Shown: positions 22,801 to 33,530 of the stretch, in pieces
How positions within the stretch are numbered: the stretch's first letter is position 1
Layout: the number at the start of each line of letters is the position of its first letter
DNA from: Rhynchopus sp. YZ270_cl-10
Taxonomy: Eukaryota
NCBI GenBank assembly: GCA_964035575.1
Contig: OZ037843.1
Span: forward strand, 1,240,001-1,304,000
DNA length: 64,000 bases
Direction of reading: 5' to 3'
Made by a program: the position numbers and the translations under genes
The notes under the pieces: model-generated
The model's input: the letters and a program-made list of their open reading frames with translations, nothing else
What the model was told of the DNA's origin: nothing
Databases searched by the model: none

Positions 22801-22805
22801 TGTGA
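19803..22805 (+). CDS. Receptor-type adenylate cyclase (1000 aa): TM - ectodomain - TM - HAMP-like linker - intact class III cyclase - degenerate second cyclase domain
   Basis: Catalytic motifs TLVFTDIRSST, YEVKTIGDAFMVAF, VRIGVNAG and RTDYFGHTVNVASRLE supply both metal Asp, the ATP-specifying Lys/Asp and the Asn/Arg pair. Two hydrophobic TM spans. Confidence 0.93.
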   Translation: MVSCGIQSLTVLLCVVLILSTGAIIGGFTLSTWDDLLEKARDTGDEGFGMCLDSGTADIETVSARYLRSVLGNVDAAVKEYLKMPEQLMMSVVNLAQAHHPDVSTSPAFIKNIVRRALISSFKAGADAGLAFLEYEAYPWSPAHPVPWKMSDGYAGWGARSRISPLTTLGGILPTNGTKVITLMELLDPVTLQPGQSDMMAYSEVNDVGDWKYPSEPCNFPDYSKGEVKGMCFYPAATLEPPGSETYLAHQRGLHNLGADDPPLNPVHTFAYAPAVARWSSMYWDISYTFTHPDMYTMYPKQGKRVGTVTSSATTQGISDVVRAQLLPAGTSLYLVEDSSGSVGTVVAYNRGRELRMVREMSAIGIVLNLAYSINITNHSMEDATSHIPSVIAEHGQFAFRLPRNYRDLVEMTKASFLKWSDSNGTEFWTITSTIERGTIFWYSTLLVPRTSVMDTIDASTNAIRAKVASDLSSADAQKEDAVTVMAIVTAVAVIGLLAIAVVFTRYITSPLLKLGREMANVAVMDLEAVDTGRAVSQLSEVGMMQRSFVTMVANLQKYKKFLPGALFEEKEQDIVRNSRPPPGITSGTATLVFTDIRSSTSIWEAVPQGMCEALKIHNRIIREAMDEFEGYEVKTIGDAFMVAFATVLDGVNFGLRVHEALRNATWPAELLHFKLCADTGPLWGGLTVRIGVNAGPVTVEKNTLTGRTDYFGHTVNVASRLESTCQPGAVGLRHEVWQEECSGVCSAAVGEVNRIELKGVSGKTPVCCVWPPSLAGRVTNPLTERRLSAGSSSVHTTASSVVSHTSIKTMSSTSTMSLPGSVSTSGRLATVGIVQVAVGDEAHVSAMRTMSTHLITLKSCLDRSGGRMVSVIGSFVCIAWNLSHAAPAHVENSLRFVQYLHGTSSVRVGGLVTGTVHHGDVSAKTLRFVTVLGDAVQKCWCLCIEAKKEEVFFLYEPPVDTVLPQNLERALSPHRTGVYVVKQKRDTSQLDPVVDNYML

Positions 22806-23039
22806 TGTGACCCACTGCAGGATCCTCCTTTTGTCAGGCAGGTGGTTAACTATGACTGTCACGCTTATGTGGATGAGATGCTGTCTTGCATCGTTGTTTT
22901 CCAACAACGGATATGGACTCGTCCGGAAACCCCCACACGGCATCCACCCCACAACGTTGCCTTGTCTTGCATCCTGTCTGTCCCCACACCACACCACACA
23001 TCCCAGACACTCTCTTCCCTTTCTGTACACCTCAGAACA

Positions 23040-25661
23040 ATGGTGTCATGCGGGATCCAGTCGCTGACAATACTGCTGTGTGTGGTGCTGATTCTGTCGA
23101 CAGGTGCGATCATCGGTGGCTTCACTCTGTCAACATGGGACGACCTTCTGGAGAAGGCACGTGACACAGGTGACGAGGGCTTCGGGATGTGTCTCGACAG
23201 TGGTACGGCGGACATCGAAACGGTTTCGGCACGCTACTTGCACTCTGTCCTCGTCAACGTGGACACGGCAGTGAAGGAGTACCTGAGGGTGCCTGAGCAG
23301 CTCGTGATGTCGCTCGCCACCCTGGCGAGGGCACGCCACCCCAACGTGAGCACGAGCCCTGCCTTTGGGGCGACAACAATACGTCCTGCGAGCATGGCTG
23401 CTCATGTGGCTGGGATGGCGTATGGTATGCTCAAGATCGGGCACGAAGCGTACCCGTGGTGTGCGGCACATCCTGTTCCGTGGAAGAGGGGTGACGGGTT
23501 TGCAGGGTGGGGCTCACGCACCTCACACAGGACACTGAACTCTGCGACTGGTGTCCTTCCTACTAATGGCACGAAGGTTCTCCTAGTGTATGAGTCGCGT
23601 GACCACGTGACGCTGGCAGAGGGACTTTCCGACTACGCTGTCATAGGAGAAGCCAACGAGGTGGGCGACATCAAGTATCCCCATCAGCCGTGCAACTACC
23701 GACCTGACTACAACAAAGGCGAGTTGCGTGGACTGTGCGTGTTGCCCATGAAGCACGCCGAGCCCGTAGGGAACCCGATCATAGCCCAACGCGGCAGAGA
23801 GCTCTACTTCCTGGGTGCCGATGATCCACCACTCAACCCTGTGGACACGCTTGTCTACGCACCTATGCAGGTCGCATGGGACTACACGTCCTGGGAGCTG
23901 AGCTATACCTACACCCACCCAGATATGTACACGATGTACCCCAAGCAGGGCAAGCGTGTGGGTTCCGTGAGTGCCACCGTGACTACAGACGGAGTGACCG
24001 ACGTGGTGCGTGCACAACTGCTCCCGACCGGCACGTCGCTGTACCTTGTGGATTACGAACGTGTATCTGGTTCAGTGGGGACAGTTGTTGCGTACAACAG
24101 AGGACGGCAGTTGTCGAAGGTGTTGGTACTTAATACCAATAACGGCGAATGGATGGACCAGGCATCGAGCATCAACATAACGAACCACTCGATGGAAGAC
24201 GCGACGTCGCACATCCCCTCAGTGATTGCAGAGCACGGGCGGTTTGTGTTCACACACCCGCGGAACTACAGAGACCTTGTGGAGAAGACAGAGGACTCCT
24301 TCCTGAAGTGGTCTGACTCGAACGGCACGGAGTTCTGGACAATCACGTCGACAATTGAACACAGAACGATCTTCTGGTATTCAACCCTTCTTGTGCCGAG
24401 GACGTCTGTGATGGACTCGATTGATGCGTCGACGAATGCAATCCGTGCGAAGGTGGCATCAGATCTGTCCTCTGCAGACGCACAGAAGGAGGATGCGGTG
24501 ACTGTGATGGTGGTTGTGACGGCTGTTGCGGTCATTGCGGCTCTTGCCGTTGCTGTTGTGTTCACACGTTACATCACGTCACCTCTGCTGAAGCTTGGGA
24601 GAGAGATGGCAAGTGTGGCTGTGATGGACCTGGAGGCTGTGGACACGGGCCGTGCAGTGTCGCAGCTGAGTGAAGTGGGGATGATGCAGCGCAGCTTTGT
24701 TACCATGGTGGCGAACCTGGTGGAGTACCGGAACTACATGCCGCAGAGTGTGCTTGTCAACGACACTGATGCCGAAGAAGCACTCTCAGACCGTACAGGG
24801 GCAGAGTCGGTGGTGTCCTCTTGCCATTCAGCCTCAGGGCCGCAGGAGCAAAGCTCTTCTCTTGACCAGAAGCAGAACCAAAAGGCACTGCGTGTGGAAG
24901 GGATGAAGAAGAAGAGGGTATCACTGGCACACATGAACGTCGTGTCGTGGCACGCCTTCTGTACAGAACATAATGACGCAGAGGTGCTCTCCGCACACGC
25001 AGGTGTGATTGAGAATATCCTGGCAGCAGTGCAGCACAACAAGGGCATGTGCGACACGTTTGCTGGCGACAAGATACTTGCCACCTTCAACGCCTTTGTT
25101 CCGAAGCCGTCACACAGTGTTTCCTGTGTGAAGGCTGCACACGAAGCAGCAAAAGCACTTGGTGATGTGCACACGATCTCGTATGGGTGCACGACAGGCG
25201 AGGCACGTGTCGGGAACATGGGTTGCAACGGGATGAAGAAGGTGTCGATTCTTTCGCAGTCCATGTCGTGGGTGGTTGTACTTGAGCGTTGGAACAGAAT
25301 GAACGCACTTCCTGGTGTTGTTGACCAGAACTCGGCGCGGGAGATGGAGGGACAGGTGGTCCTCCGTTGTGAAGGAGCTGTACTGTACGAGAAGTTCAGT
25401 GAGAAGGCGCAGACTGTGTTTGCTGTGAAGGGTCTGTGCAGCACGAAAGACGAGGAGTGGATGTACCAGCTGGAGTCCCTCGCACAAAGCAACCCTCATG
25501 CACTGTGGAATGAAGCTTTTGCACACATCATCGCACAGGAGTTTGGTCAAGCTGCTGTTGCGCTTGACAGCATCGGCACCGAGCAACGAGAGCACTACGA
25601 GACGCTAGCGAGATACGCCAATGCGAAGGCTTATGACCCTTTCGTTGTGTGTATGTACTAG
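23040..25661 (+). CDS. Receptor with degenerate (pseudo) class III cyclase domain, paralog 2 (873 aa)
   Basis: Same N-terminal and TM architecture as 19803-22805. The cytoplasmic domain VSLAHMNVVSW..CDTFAGDKILATFNA..GCTTGEARVGNMG..SILSQSMSWVVVLE keeps cyclase fold motifs but lacks the first Asp, the Lys and the Asn/Arg. Confidence 0.9.
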   Translation: MVSCGIQSLTILLCVVLILSTGAIIGGFTLSTWDDLLEKARDTGDEGFGMCLDSGTADIETVSARYLHSVLVNVDTAVKEYLRVPEQLVMSLATLARARHPNVSTSPAFGATTIRPASMAAHVAGMAYGMLKIGHEAYPWCAAHPVPWKRGDGFAGWGSRTSHRTLNSATGVLPTNGTKVLLVYESRDHVTLAEGLSDYAVIGEANEVGDIKYPHQPCNYRPDYNKGELRGLCVLPMKHAEPVGNPIIAQRGRELYFLGADDPPLNPVDTLVYAPMQVAWDYTSWELSYTYTHPDMYTMYPKQGKRVGSVSATVTTDGVTDVVRAQLLPTGTSLYLVDYERVSGSVGTVVAYNRGRQLSKVLVLNTNNGEWMDQASSINITNHSMEDATSHIPSVIAEHGRFVFTHPRNYRDLVEKTEDSFLKWSDSNGTEFWTITSTIEHRTIFWYSTLLVPRTSVMDSIDASTNAIRAKVASDLSSADAQKEDAVTVMVVVTAVAVIAALAVAVVFTRYITSPLLKLGREMASVAVMDLEAVDTGRAVSQLSEVGMMQRSFVTMVANLVEYRNYMPQSVLVNDTDAEEALSDRTGAESVVSSCHSASGPQEQSSSLDQKQNQKALRVEGMKKKRVSLAHMNVVSWHAFCTEHNDAEVLSAHAGVIENILAAVQHNKGMCDTFAGDKILATFNAFVPKPSHSVSCVKAAHEAAKALGDVHTISYGCTTGEARVGNMGCNGMKKVSILSQSMSWVVVLERWNRMNALPGVVDQNSAREMEGQVVLRCEGAVLYEKFSEKAQTVFAVKGLCSTKDEEWMYQLESLAQSNPHALWNEAFAHIIAQEFGQAAVALDSIGTEQREHYETLARYANAKAYDPFVVCMY

Positions 25662-26455
25662 CTAACGCACGATGGAGCTTTGCACACCCACTTTCGTAGC
25701 ACCCTGCCGTCAGGTGCGTGAACTGTGAACCGTGCACTGAGGGATGCGTGCCGTTCACATGCCACGCCATGCTGCAGCATTTCGCCTGCTGCGTGTACCA
25801 CCCCGACTGCATCTGGATGCTGCTTGCGCCAGCCACCCGAGGAGTGTGACGTGCATGAGCACACCCCTGGCACATCGTCCTTCAGCAGGCGCGTCTCTCA
25901 CTCAATGATGGGGCCATATGCCTATCATCACCCACACCTCACGTGGCCCATCACCTCTGTGCACCACCTGCTCAGCCTTGTCTCCACCCTGCCACCCTCA
26001 CCCTCCTGGGGCTGCATGCGGCTGAGGCAATATCGGCTGCACTTTGTAGTGGGAGATGATTCAAATATCTGAGACTTTGTTGGCTGTTTTTTCCTTTTTA
26101 TTTGTAACGCCGAAAACTGGCGAGGGGTGATAGTCATGGTGAGTCTGAGGCAACATGAAAGGTAGACTTTATCGCCTCTATTATCTCACTAAAGGACCCC
26201 CTCCCCTGGCGGAGCATACGGTGTAGGTACTTCTTCACAGAGAAACAGAGCAACAGAGCTGAGGTGGGTCGAGGTTTTGTGCGTTCTGTTGTGCTGTACG
26301 CGTATGGAGGAGGGACTGATTCGTGAAGGCGAGTGGTTCAGCTGGCTTTTTAGAAATGAGGGCTGAACACTTGATGTGGCAGCAAACCGCTTAAAACAAA
26401 AGTAACCTCCGGTGGCCTACGTGCTGGAGCGCAGTCTCGGAATAGAAGTCTATTT

Positions 26456-27234
26456 TTTTATCTAACTCAGTGAAATAAAACTCGTGTAATTTTTCGGATT
26501 ACCCACAAAAGTGAGTGATATAATATGCCCTTTTTGTCACTCAATTTGAACCTAAAATACGTGGGCGAGTGAAAAAAAGTATCACTCAGTGAAAAAAAGC
26601 ACTTTTTCATCACTCCCCTTAAACACGCTCAAACACTGCCAAAAACGAGGAAGGACAGGATACATGACACTTACGGATACCAAGTCTCAGCGGGTATGAG
26701 AAGCAAGGAGGTGTACAAGAAGAAATGGGACGAGTTCTTGCGGCTTTCAAACCTCCGTAAGCCATCCAGCTTGGAGGAAGAACATTTCGCTGTCCACTTT
26801 TATCATCTTCGCACTGTGCGAAACCTGGCAACGAGCACATGCTGGACTACTCACAGCATGTAAACAAGTACCTGGAAATTGAGGCCAGGCGTATCCCAGG
26901 TTGACCCCTCATTGAAGACGATGTCGAAAAATGAGCAACAGAAGCAGGCCTAAGCCTTCACACCGAGTGACCTGGTCCGCTTCGTGTGACGGACCTCGAA
27001 AACGACACGTACTGGCTTGTGAGGAAGTCCTGCATCTCAGTAAGGTTCTTCGGTGGATTGCGTACTGCGATCTTTTTTCTTGCTTTTAATCAGGCACCCA
27101 AATCCTCACGGGTACCTCAAAACACCTCATACCCCTGCCAAACATAGTATTTCGTAACAAAAATGGCATATTATATACTCACTTTTATAGGTAATCCGCA
27201 AAATTAAACTCGTTTATTTCCCCGTTAGATAAAA
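26456..27234. mobile_element. Decayed tyrosine-recombinase (Crypton-like) element with ~85-bp imperfect inverted ends
   Basis: Inverted ends 26456-26540 / 27154-27234 enclose YR-like remnants. Confidence 0.65.
26696..27069 (+). pseudogene. Tyrosine recombinase N-terminal fragment with stops and frameshifts
   Basis: Hand translation across frames: RSKEVYKKKWDEFLRL..EEEHFAVHFYHLRTVRNLATSTCWTTHSM*..LKTMSKNEQQKQA*AFTPSDLVRFV..DTYWLVRKSCISVRFFGGLRTA. This fits a core-binding domain followed by box I with the catalytic Arg. Confidence 0.65.
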
Positions 27235-27239
27235 GATCG

Positions 27240-27428
27240 TATCTGATTCAAAAAGCGCACTTCATTCACCTCGGGTGGTGTGCTTCAGAGTTGCATGCTC
27301 CATGGCAACTCGCTGCGCTCGTTACCATGAACCATTTTAGTACACTCGCTGCGCTCGTGTACTAAAATCGGCAACTCTGAAGCACACCACCCTCGGGTGA
27401 AATAAAGTGCACTTTTTGTCATCAGATA
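27240..27428. mobile_element. Palindromic MITE with internal ACTCGCTGCGCTCGT duplicates
   Basis: TATCTGAttcAAAAAGcGCACTT..CACC.TCGGGTGGTGTGCTTCAGAGTTGC and its reverse complement at 27371-27428. Confidence 0.75.
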
Positions 27429-30400
27429 AATAACTATTTTCTCTGTAGGTCGTTTGCATGTTCAGAAACATTTTTTGAACTAAAATGACAAGTGTTCAGT
27501 GTCAAGATCCTCCACGTAAGGGTTTTCCTCAAAGGGGTGTTTTTTTATTGGCTTTTTGTTTTGCAACAAAAATGTCCTCATTGCGAAAACTGTGCTTTTT
27601 TTTTCGTGGAGGATCTTGAGAGCCCTGCAAGTGTTGCTCTAATTTTTTCCGCACACTACTTTGTGAGCGGAAAGTGTCACGTCGTTCACTCACCCAACCG
27701 TGCTCCGCAACACCACCACCCAACAGGTGATTTTTAGTGTGTGGAAGCGTCAACGCATCAAATAACTACAAGAAGGGGGGTGAGGGAACGACAAGTGACA
27801 CTTTTTCGCAGTGCCGACGGTGTGACGTTTGTACTTTCAACCTCTCTTTTTTTTCATGTTACTTTCACTCCACTCTATTTCCGCGTATGCCATCAATTTA
27901 TTGATTGCATATGTTGAAATACATGTTATTTCACCCCTCAAATGCTTTCTGTTCTCCTGAATTGAAAGTATATGACTTAAATGCTTCTTTTTTCGCTCCC
28001 CTGGGTCTATGCTGCACAGTTACGGAAAGGTGTACTGGCTGAACCCTACTTTTTATTTGCAAAAAATAAACCAAAAATTTTTCCAAAAAAAGAAGAGGAG
28101 AAAACTCCATAATAATATTATTTCGATTGAAATTTTTTGCTCCCTTTGGTGTGCTGGGAATTTGGTCGAGGACCTGTCAGGGACCTCTCAGTATTGGGTA
28201 CCCCAAGGGTGCCAAAGACCTGTCAGGGACCTGTTTGCGGCCGCTTCTGTAGCACACTTCGTTTTTTTTTTTTTTTTTCCTTTTTGCCGGCTCCGTGACG
28301 CCACAGAGCCGGCACACTCGTTGAATGCCTCACAAAACCTCAAATTTATTCCTCTTTGATTTGCTGTTGGGTTGGGAAATAAAACTTAGGCGCGTTATTA
28401 GAAACTGACCTTGATTAGCCAACGGTAAATTTGTCCTCACGCTTTTTCCTTTTTTTGAATCATTTCCCAAATTATCATGTGCGCCACCCAGGGTACGAGC
28501 CTAAATGGCTTCCTAAAATGGCTGCGGTCAACGAAAAAAAAAGACACAGTAGTAGATCAGCGAGGACAAATCAAGTGGCAAACTGTGAGTTTAGAATTTC
28601 CCCCCCCCCCCCCCCCAATTTTACTGGCGACAGCCACTATTTTACAACAATCCGTGAGATTTCATCCGGGACTGGCAACATACGCTGGGTCCTCACTCCC
28701 CCCCCTATGAGCCACTAACCTATACTTTTTGCATACACGAAGTGTTTATTGGAAACTGAACAAAAAAAGCGTTTAAAAATCAACAGATCAACTGTCTTCA
28801 CGCTTTCCTCTGGATTCCTCGTCTCCCCTCACCACATATTACCACGTGCGCCACTCTACTCAAAGCAAAGAGCCTAAATGGCTAGTACGAAGAAAGACGT
28901 GGTAGATTCCCATGGTGGTGTTTAAGTACGCCTTCAGGTACGCCTGAATTGGACTTAGCCCATGATTTGTTATGAGTTGTTCAGTTTTTCTCGTTAAATT
29001 GTACTGCAAATTTTTAGTTTTTCGGATGTCACAACTTACAGGAACAGAAAAAGGGGAAAACCCAAAAATGGTGAACAAAAGCAACAGGACGGTTGTGTGA
29101 ATGACCACTTCGTCTTGGAATTTATTTATTTTTTTGTCCTGTTTTCCAAAAAGTAAGAAGTGTTACAACCGTGGTGCTCTTTCTTTCCTGTTTGTTTACA
29201 CGTTTGTATTTTAGCACATTTGCTCGACCTCGTGAACAGTCGCGCGTCTCGTCTTGTTTTTGCCCTCTCTTTTGTGCTCCACGACACTTTCTGTACTTCA
29301 GAAAAACCACACTACCGTTTACCGTATTCGTAAAAATGTTAGTAAAAAAAAGGTCGAACTTCCAGAAAAATCTTGAGGTCGAACATTATTACGATTGATA
29401 ATTTTTTGTACGAATCTGGTAAACGTAACTTATGGGGAGATCCGGGTGGCCGCAACAACACTATTCACAAAAAATCAAAAATAAATCACAAAAAATCACA
29501 CCCACTTTTACACGGTACCATAAAGATCTTAAGGAAGATATTTGTGTTTTTTCAGGATTCCTGGAAATCCTGACACTTTGTGTTTTTTTTCTTCAGGATT
29601 TTTCAAGATCCTGACAATTTGTGTTTTTTTTTTTTTTTTTACCAGGGGGCTTCTCTATGTTGTAGGCATACAGAGGTACAGATTTTACAGACCGGGGCCG
29701 CAACTGGCTGGGATGTCACGAAACCATACTTATCGCTAAATATGCCGTTTTTCCCGAAAAATTTTAGAATTCCACGCCCAATTTCTTTCTTTTTGGCAAA
29801 AAAAATTTTTCGCGCTTCGCGCGAAAAAGGTCCTCAGAAGCTCAATTCCGGAAACAAATACGGGGGGAGCGACGTTTTCCAACTCCTCCGCCATCAGCAG
29901 GAACACCTCCGTTTTCTCTTGAATCTGTGACGCTTGTTGCTGAGAAACAGGGCGACAGCGCGTTCAAGCATATTCCCCATCTTTTCAGTGTTAAACTCGT
30001 GGCGAAGCCACGGTACGCAACATTTCTAAAAAATGCGCTTACAATTGCACCTTTTTTTACAGCCAAACTATGTCATGGAAAGGATGTAATGCAAGCTTGC
30101 GCCGCAGGCGCATGGTACGCTACTTTTTTCTTTGCCCTTATCCTTCTTTCTCACTCCTCATTGCTTCCCAAAGGTTCTGGCGAAGCCACGGTACGCAACA
30201 TTTCTTTAAAATGTTGACATAAAATGGCACTTTTGCTGGTAACTATCGTCCAGTTCCGTAAATTTTACTTCCATATTTTGCTAAAACGAAAGTTTCTAGC
30301 GAAGCCACGGTACGCAACATTTCTAAAAATTGCGCTTAAAATTGCCTACTATGTCGCGGGAAGGGTGGGTTGAAAGCTCGCGCCGCAGTGCATCTTCCTT

Positions 30401-30726
30401 TTCCGGTAAAATAGAAGAAAATTGTCTTCTAAAAATAGAATTCTGTGGGGGTTAGGTGAGAGGTGGGCGGAGCCCCCACTCCTCACCTAACCCCACCCCA
30501 GCCTCAATCCAAAACCCAAATTACCACGTATGGACACGTACGGATTCCACCTTTTCAAAACAATTCACGTATGGATTTCCATACGTTCCACACGTGGAAC
30601 GTAATCCCTGTCACCAGAGTCACTCAACGAACCCTTTTTTGCGGAGCAAAAAATGAAAAAATGGCGCCGCAGGCAAAAAAATTTAAGATACAGGATGCAA
30701 CCCAGTTCCCCAGGTGCATATCCTGG

Positions 30727-31215
30727 AAGGAAATTTATTGCCTGAGGCAAATTTATTTCCTGAGGGAAATTTATTTCCTGGGGAAATTTATTTCCTGGGG
30801 CAAATTTCTTTCCTGGGGGAAATTTATTTCCTGAGGGAAATTTATTGCCTGAGGGAAATTTATTTCCTGGGGCAAATTTATTTCCCGAGGCAAATTTAGT
30901 GCCTGAGGGAAATTTATTTCCCGAGGCAAATTTATTTCCCGAGGGGAAATTTATTTCCTGGGGCAAATTTATTGCCCGAGGCAAATATATTTCCTGGGGA
31001 AAATTTATTTCCCGAGGGAAATTTATTGCCTGAGGGAAATTTATTTCCTGGGGCAAATTTATTGCCCGAGGCAAATTTATTTACTGAGGGAAATTTATTT
31101 CCTGGGGCAAATTATTTCCCGAGGGGAAATTTATTTCCTGAGGCAAATTTAGTGCCTGAGGGAAATTTATTTCCTGGGGGGAAATTATTTTCCTGGGGGG
31201 AAAATTTTTTCCCTG
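30727..31215. repeat. 18-19-bp minisatellite (GAGGGAAATTTATTTCCT variants), ~26 units
   Basis: Direct reading. Each unit is quasi-palindromic (GGAAAT..ATTTCC). Confidence 0.93.
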
Positions 31216-31349
31216 GGTAAAAAAAATTTCTTTCCGGCCGATTTTTTTCTTTCTTTTGGGAAACAAAATCGCCACGTACCACGGCTAGTTAGCTACAAGT
31301 ATGCACGAAACTGACAAAAAAAGTGGTTTTCGACCTTTTTTTTGGCCTG

Positions 31350-31673
31350 CTGTACTGCACTGTACTGTACTGTACTGTACTGTACTGTACTGTACTGTAC
31401 TGTACTGTACTGTACTGTACTGTACTGTACTGTACTGTACTGTACTGTACTGTACTGTACTGTACTGTACTGTACTGTACTGTACTGTACTGTACTGTAC
31501 TGTACTGTACTGTACTGTACTGTACTGTACTGTACTGTACTGTACTGTACTGTACTGTACTGTACTGTACTGTACTGTACTGTACTGTACTGTACTGTAC
31601 TGTACTGTACTGTACTGTACTGTACTGTACTGTACTGTACTGTACTGTACTGTACTGTACTGTACTGTACTGT
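31350..31673. repeat. (CTGTA)n pentamer microsatellite, ~64 units
   Basis: Direct reading. Confidence 0.98.
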
Positions 31674-33530
31674 GCGGAAATTGACCAAAAAACGAGAACT
31701 TGTCCATTTCGGCAAATTGACCCCACCACTGGCCGGATGGATTCCGGAAATGCAAATGCCGGCGTTTCTAAGCAAATTCTAACAGGGAAATAGCTTGGGT
31801 ACTTTTGCTGGTTTCAAAACCAGAACAAGCTGGTTTACTGGTTTGGGGAAAAATAAAAAAAAAAAGTGGGATTCGGGATTCAGTTATTCGTCGCCCCGCG
31901 CCACTTTCTTACTCACAGAAGAGAAAGCCTCACACGTAAGCGAACCCCTAAAAAGGGTTCATTGAGCGACTCTGTGGTGTAAAAAGCTGCATGTTTTGCA
32001 CTATACCCTAATTTTTTTCGCCTGCGGCGCCACTTTATATTATTTTTTTGCTCCGCAAAAAAATAGAGTTTACAATGTCGTAGGGAACCCCCTTGCATTT
32101 TGCGGCCACAAATGCAACTTGACCAAAGCTGCAAAAAGTTGACCGTTTTTTCAAAATGACCCACCGTTGTAACAGCTTCTGGAAGACGTATTGGCTTTGT
32201 ACGGTTAGTGAAACGTAAGGTGCAAGACCAAGCGCCGTTAACACAGGATTATATTCCATTTTCTTTGTTGTCTCGCAAAATTTACCCTTTGCCTCTCCAC
32301 TCTGCGGTTGGCAGGGAGGCGCGCGCGAAGCGCGCGACGACCGCTTTCAACCGGGGAAAATTTTTTCTAAACCAGCAAACCAGCAACATTTGAAAAGTGC
32401 ACCTTTCAAGCTACTACCCTGAATTCTAAGCAAGAGAGAAAAAAAAACACAAAAAAAAAAAAACACAAATTGTCAGGATCTTGATCAGGAAGAAGAAGAT
32501 TTGAGTCCGTGAAAAAAAAAAAATCTTCTTTAAGAACTTTCTGGTACCGTGCTTTTAAAAAATAAGTTTTTGTGATTTTTTGTGATTTTTTTGTGATTTT
32601 TTGTGAATAGTGTTGTTGCGGACACCCGGATCTCCCCAACTTAGTAATATTTAGCAAACAACCTCACTTTTCCTCTCCCCGCTTTGTACCCTATAGGACA
32701 ACAAGGCAAAGAGTCACGAGCCTCTCTCGAACGTTTTTAAAAGGTGACTAAGCACGAGAGGCTTAGGATCATCTTATAAACTTTTCTTTTTTTCTTTTTT
32801 TCCAACCCGTTCAAAAAGCTATTGTCCCCCCAAATTCCCCCCTCCAAACAAAGAGAATGGGGAGGGGAGGAATTCATCGCGCGACAATCGCAGCAGTAAT
32901 AGACTGTTGTGTTGAAGTGTTGTGTTACTGGATAAAGTGGAGCTTTTCAGCTTCCTTTGTTTCCTTCTTGCTGTCTGTAGAGGGCTTTGTATTTCAAGAA
33001 AAAACTTTCTTTGATTACCCTACGCAAGGGTGAGCCCGTTGTCCTATTCGGAAAATCCAATGTTCACATCAAAATGAAGACAAGAGGGAACTCCACTTTC
33101 TCACGGGATGTCCACAAAAAAAGACGACGGTGTTTTCTGTGTTTTCTTGTTTTCTGTTTTTATCAAATTTTCTTTGAGTACGCTACACAAAAGGTTTCGA
33201 TACCCGCCGAGAAACGCTGCCTGCGCCTGCCGAGGTACGGTGAGGCGTTTGCACTTTCAACTTCTGTTTTTTTCGTATATAAGTTTACACACACACACAC
33301 GGTGGCTTCAAACGGACCACCCCAAGGACAAAGTACTCCAACGTGCGCACCATAGTACCATTTGTTCCATGTGTTTGTGTGCCGGCTGTTTACATGCCCA
33401 GAAAACTTTGAGACGTCGAAAGACACACCCCGCCTCCCCTACTGTCTTGCCTTGTCTTGCATCCTGTCTGTCCCCACACCACACCACACATCCCCAGACA
33501 CTCTCTTCCCTTTCTGTACACCTCAGAACA

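Larger units (their letters stand above)
29434..32637. mobile_element. Putative 3.2-kb composite element with ~200-bp imperfect TIRs and nested repeats
   Basis: GGGGAGATCCGGGTGgCCGCAACAACACTATTCACAAAAAATCA.. at 29434 and its reverse complement ending at 32637. Flanks AACTTAT / AACTTAG are a possible 7-bp TSD with one mismatch. Confidence 0.55.

Noticed and set aside
25700..26040. GC-rich coding-like stretch downstream of receptor 2
   Set aside because: No sustained ORF or recognisable motif on either strand.
28288..28384. Partial third copy of end B of the cargo element
   Set aside because: The similarity is real, but I could not find a matching end A upstream, so it is not called as a complete element.
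30727..31215. Palindromic 18-bp repeats and ORFs such as PEGNLF/QEINFP repeats
   Set aside because: A contiguous minisatellite with variable unit length (18/19 bp) that breaks frames. It is neither coding nor CRISPR.
31285..31793. ORFs of VQYST/CTVLY repeats on both strands (likewise 14945-15313 and 62446-62989)
   Set aside because: Artefacts of stop-free microsatellites.
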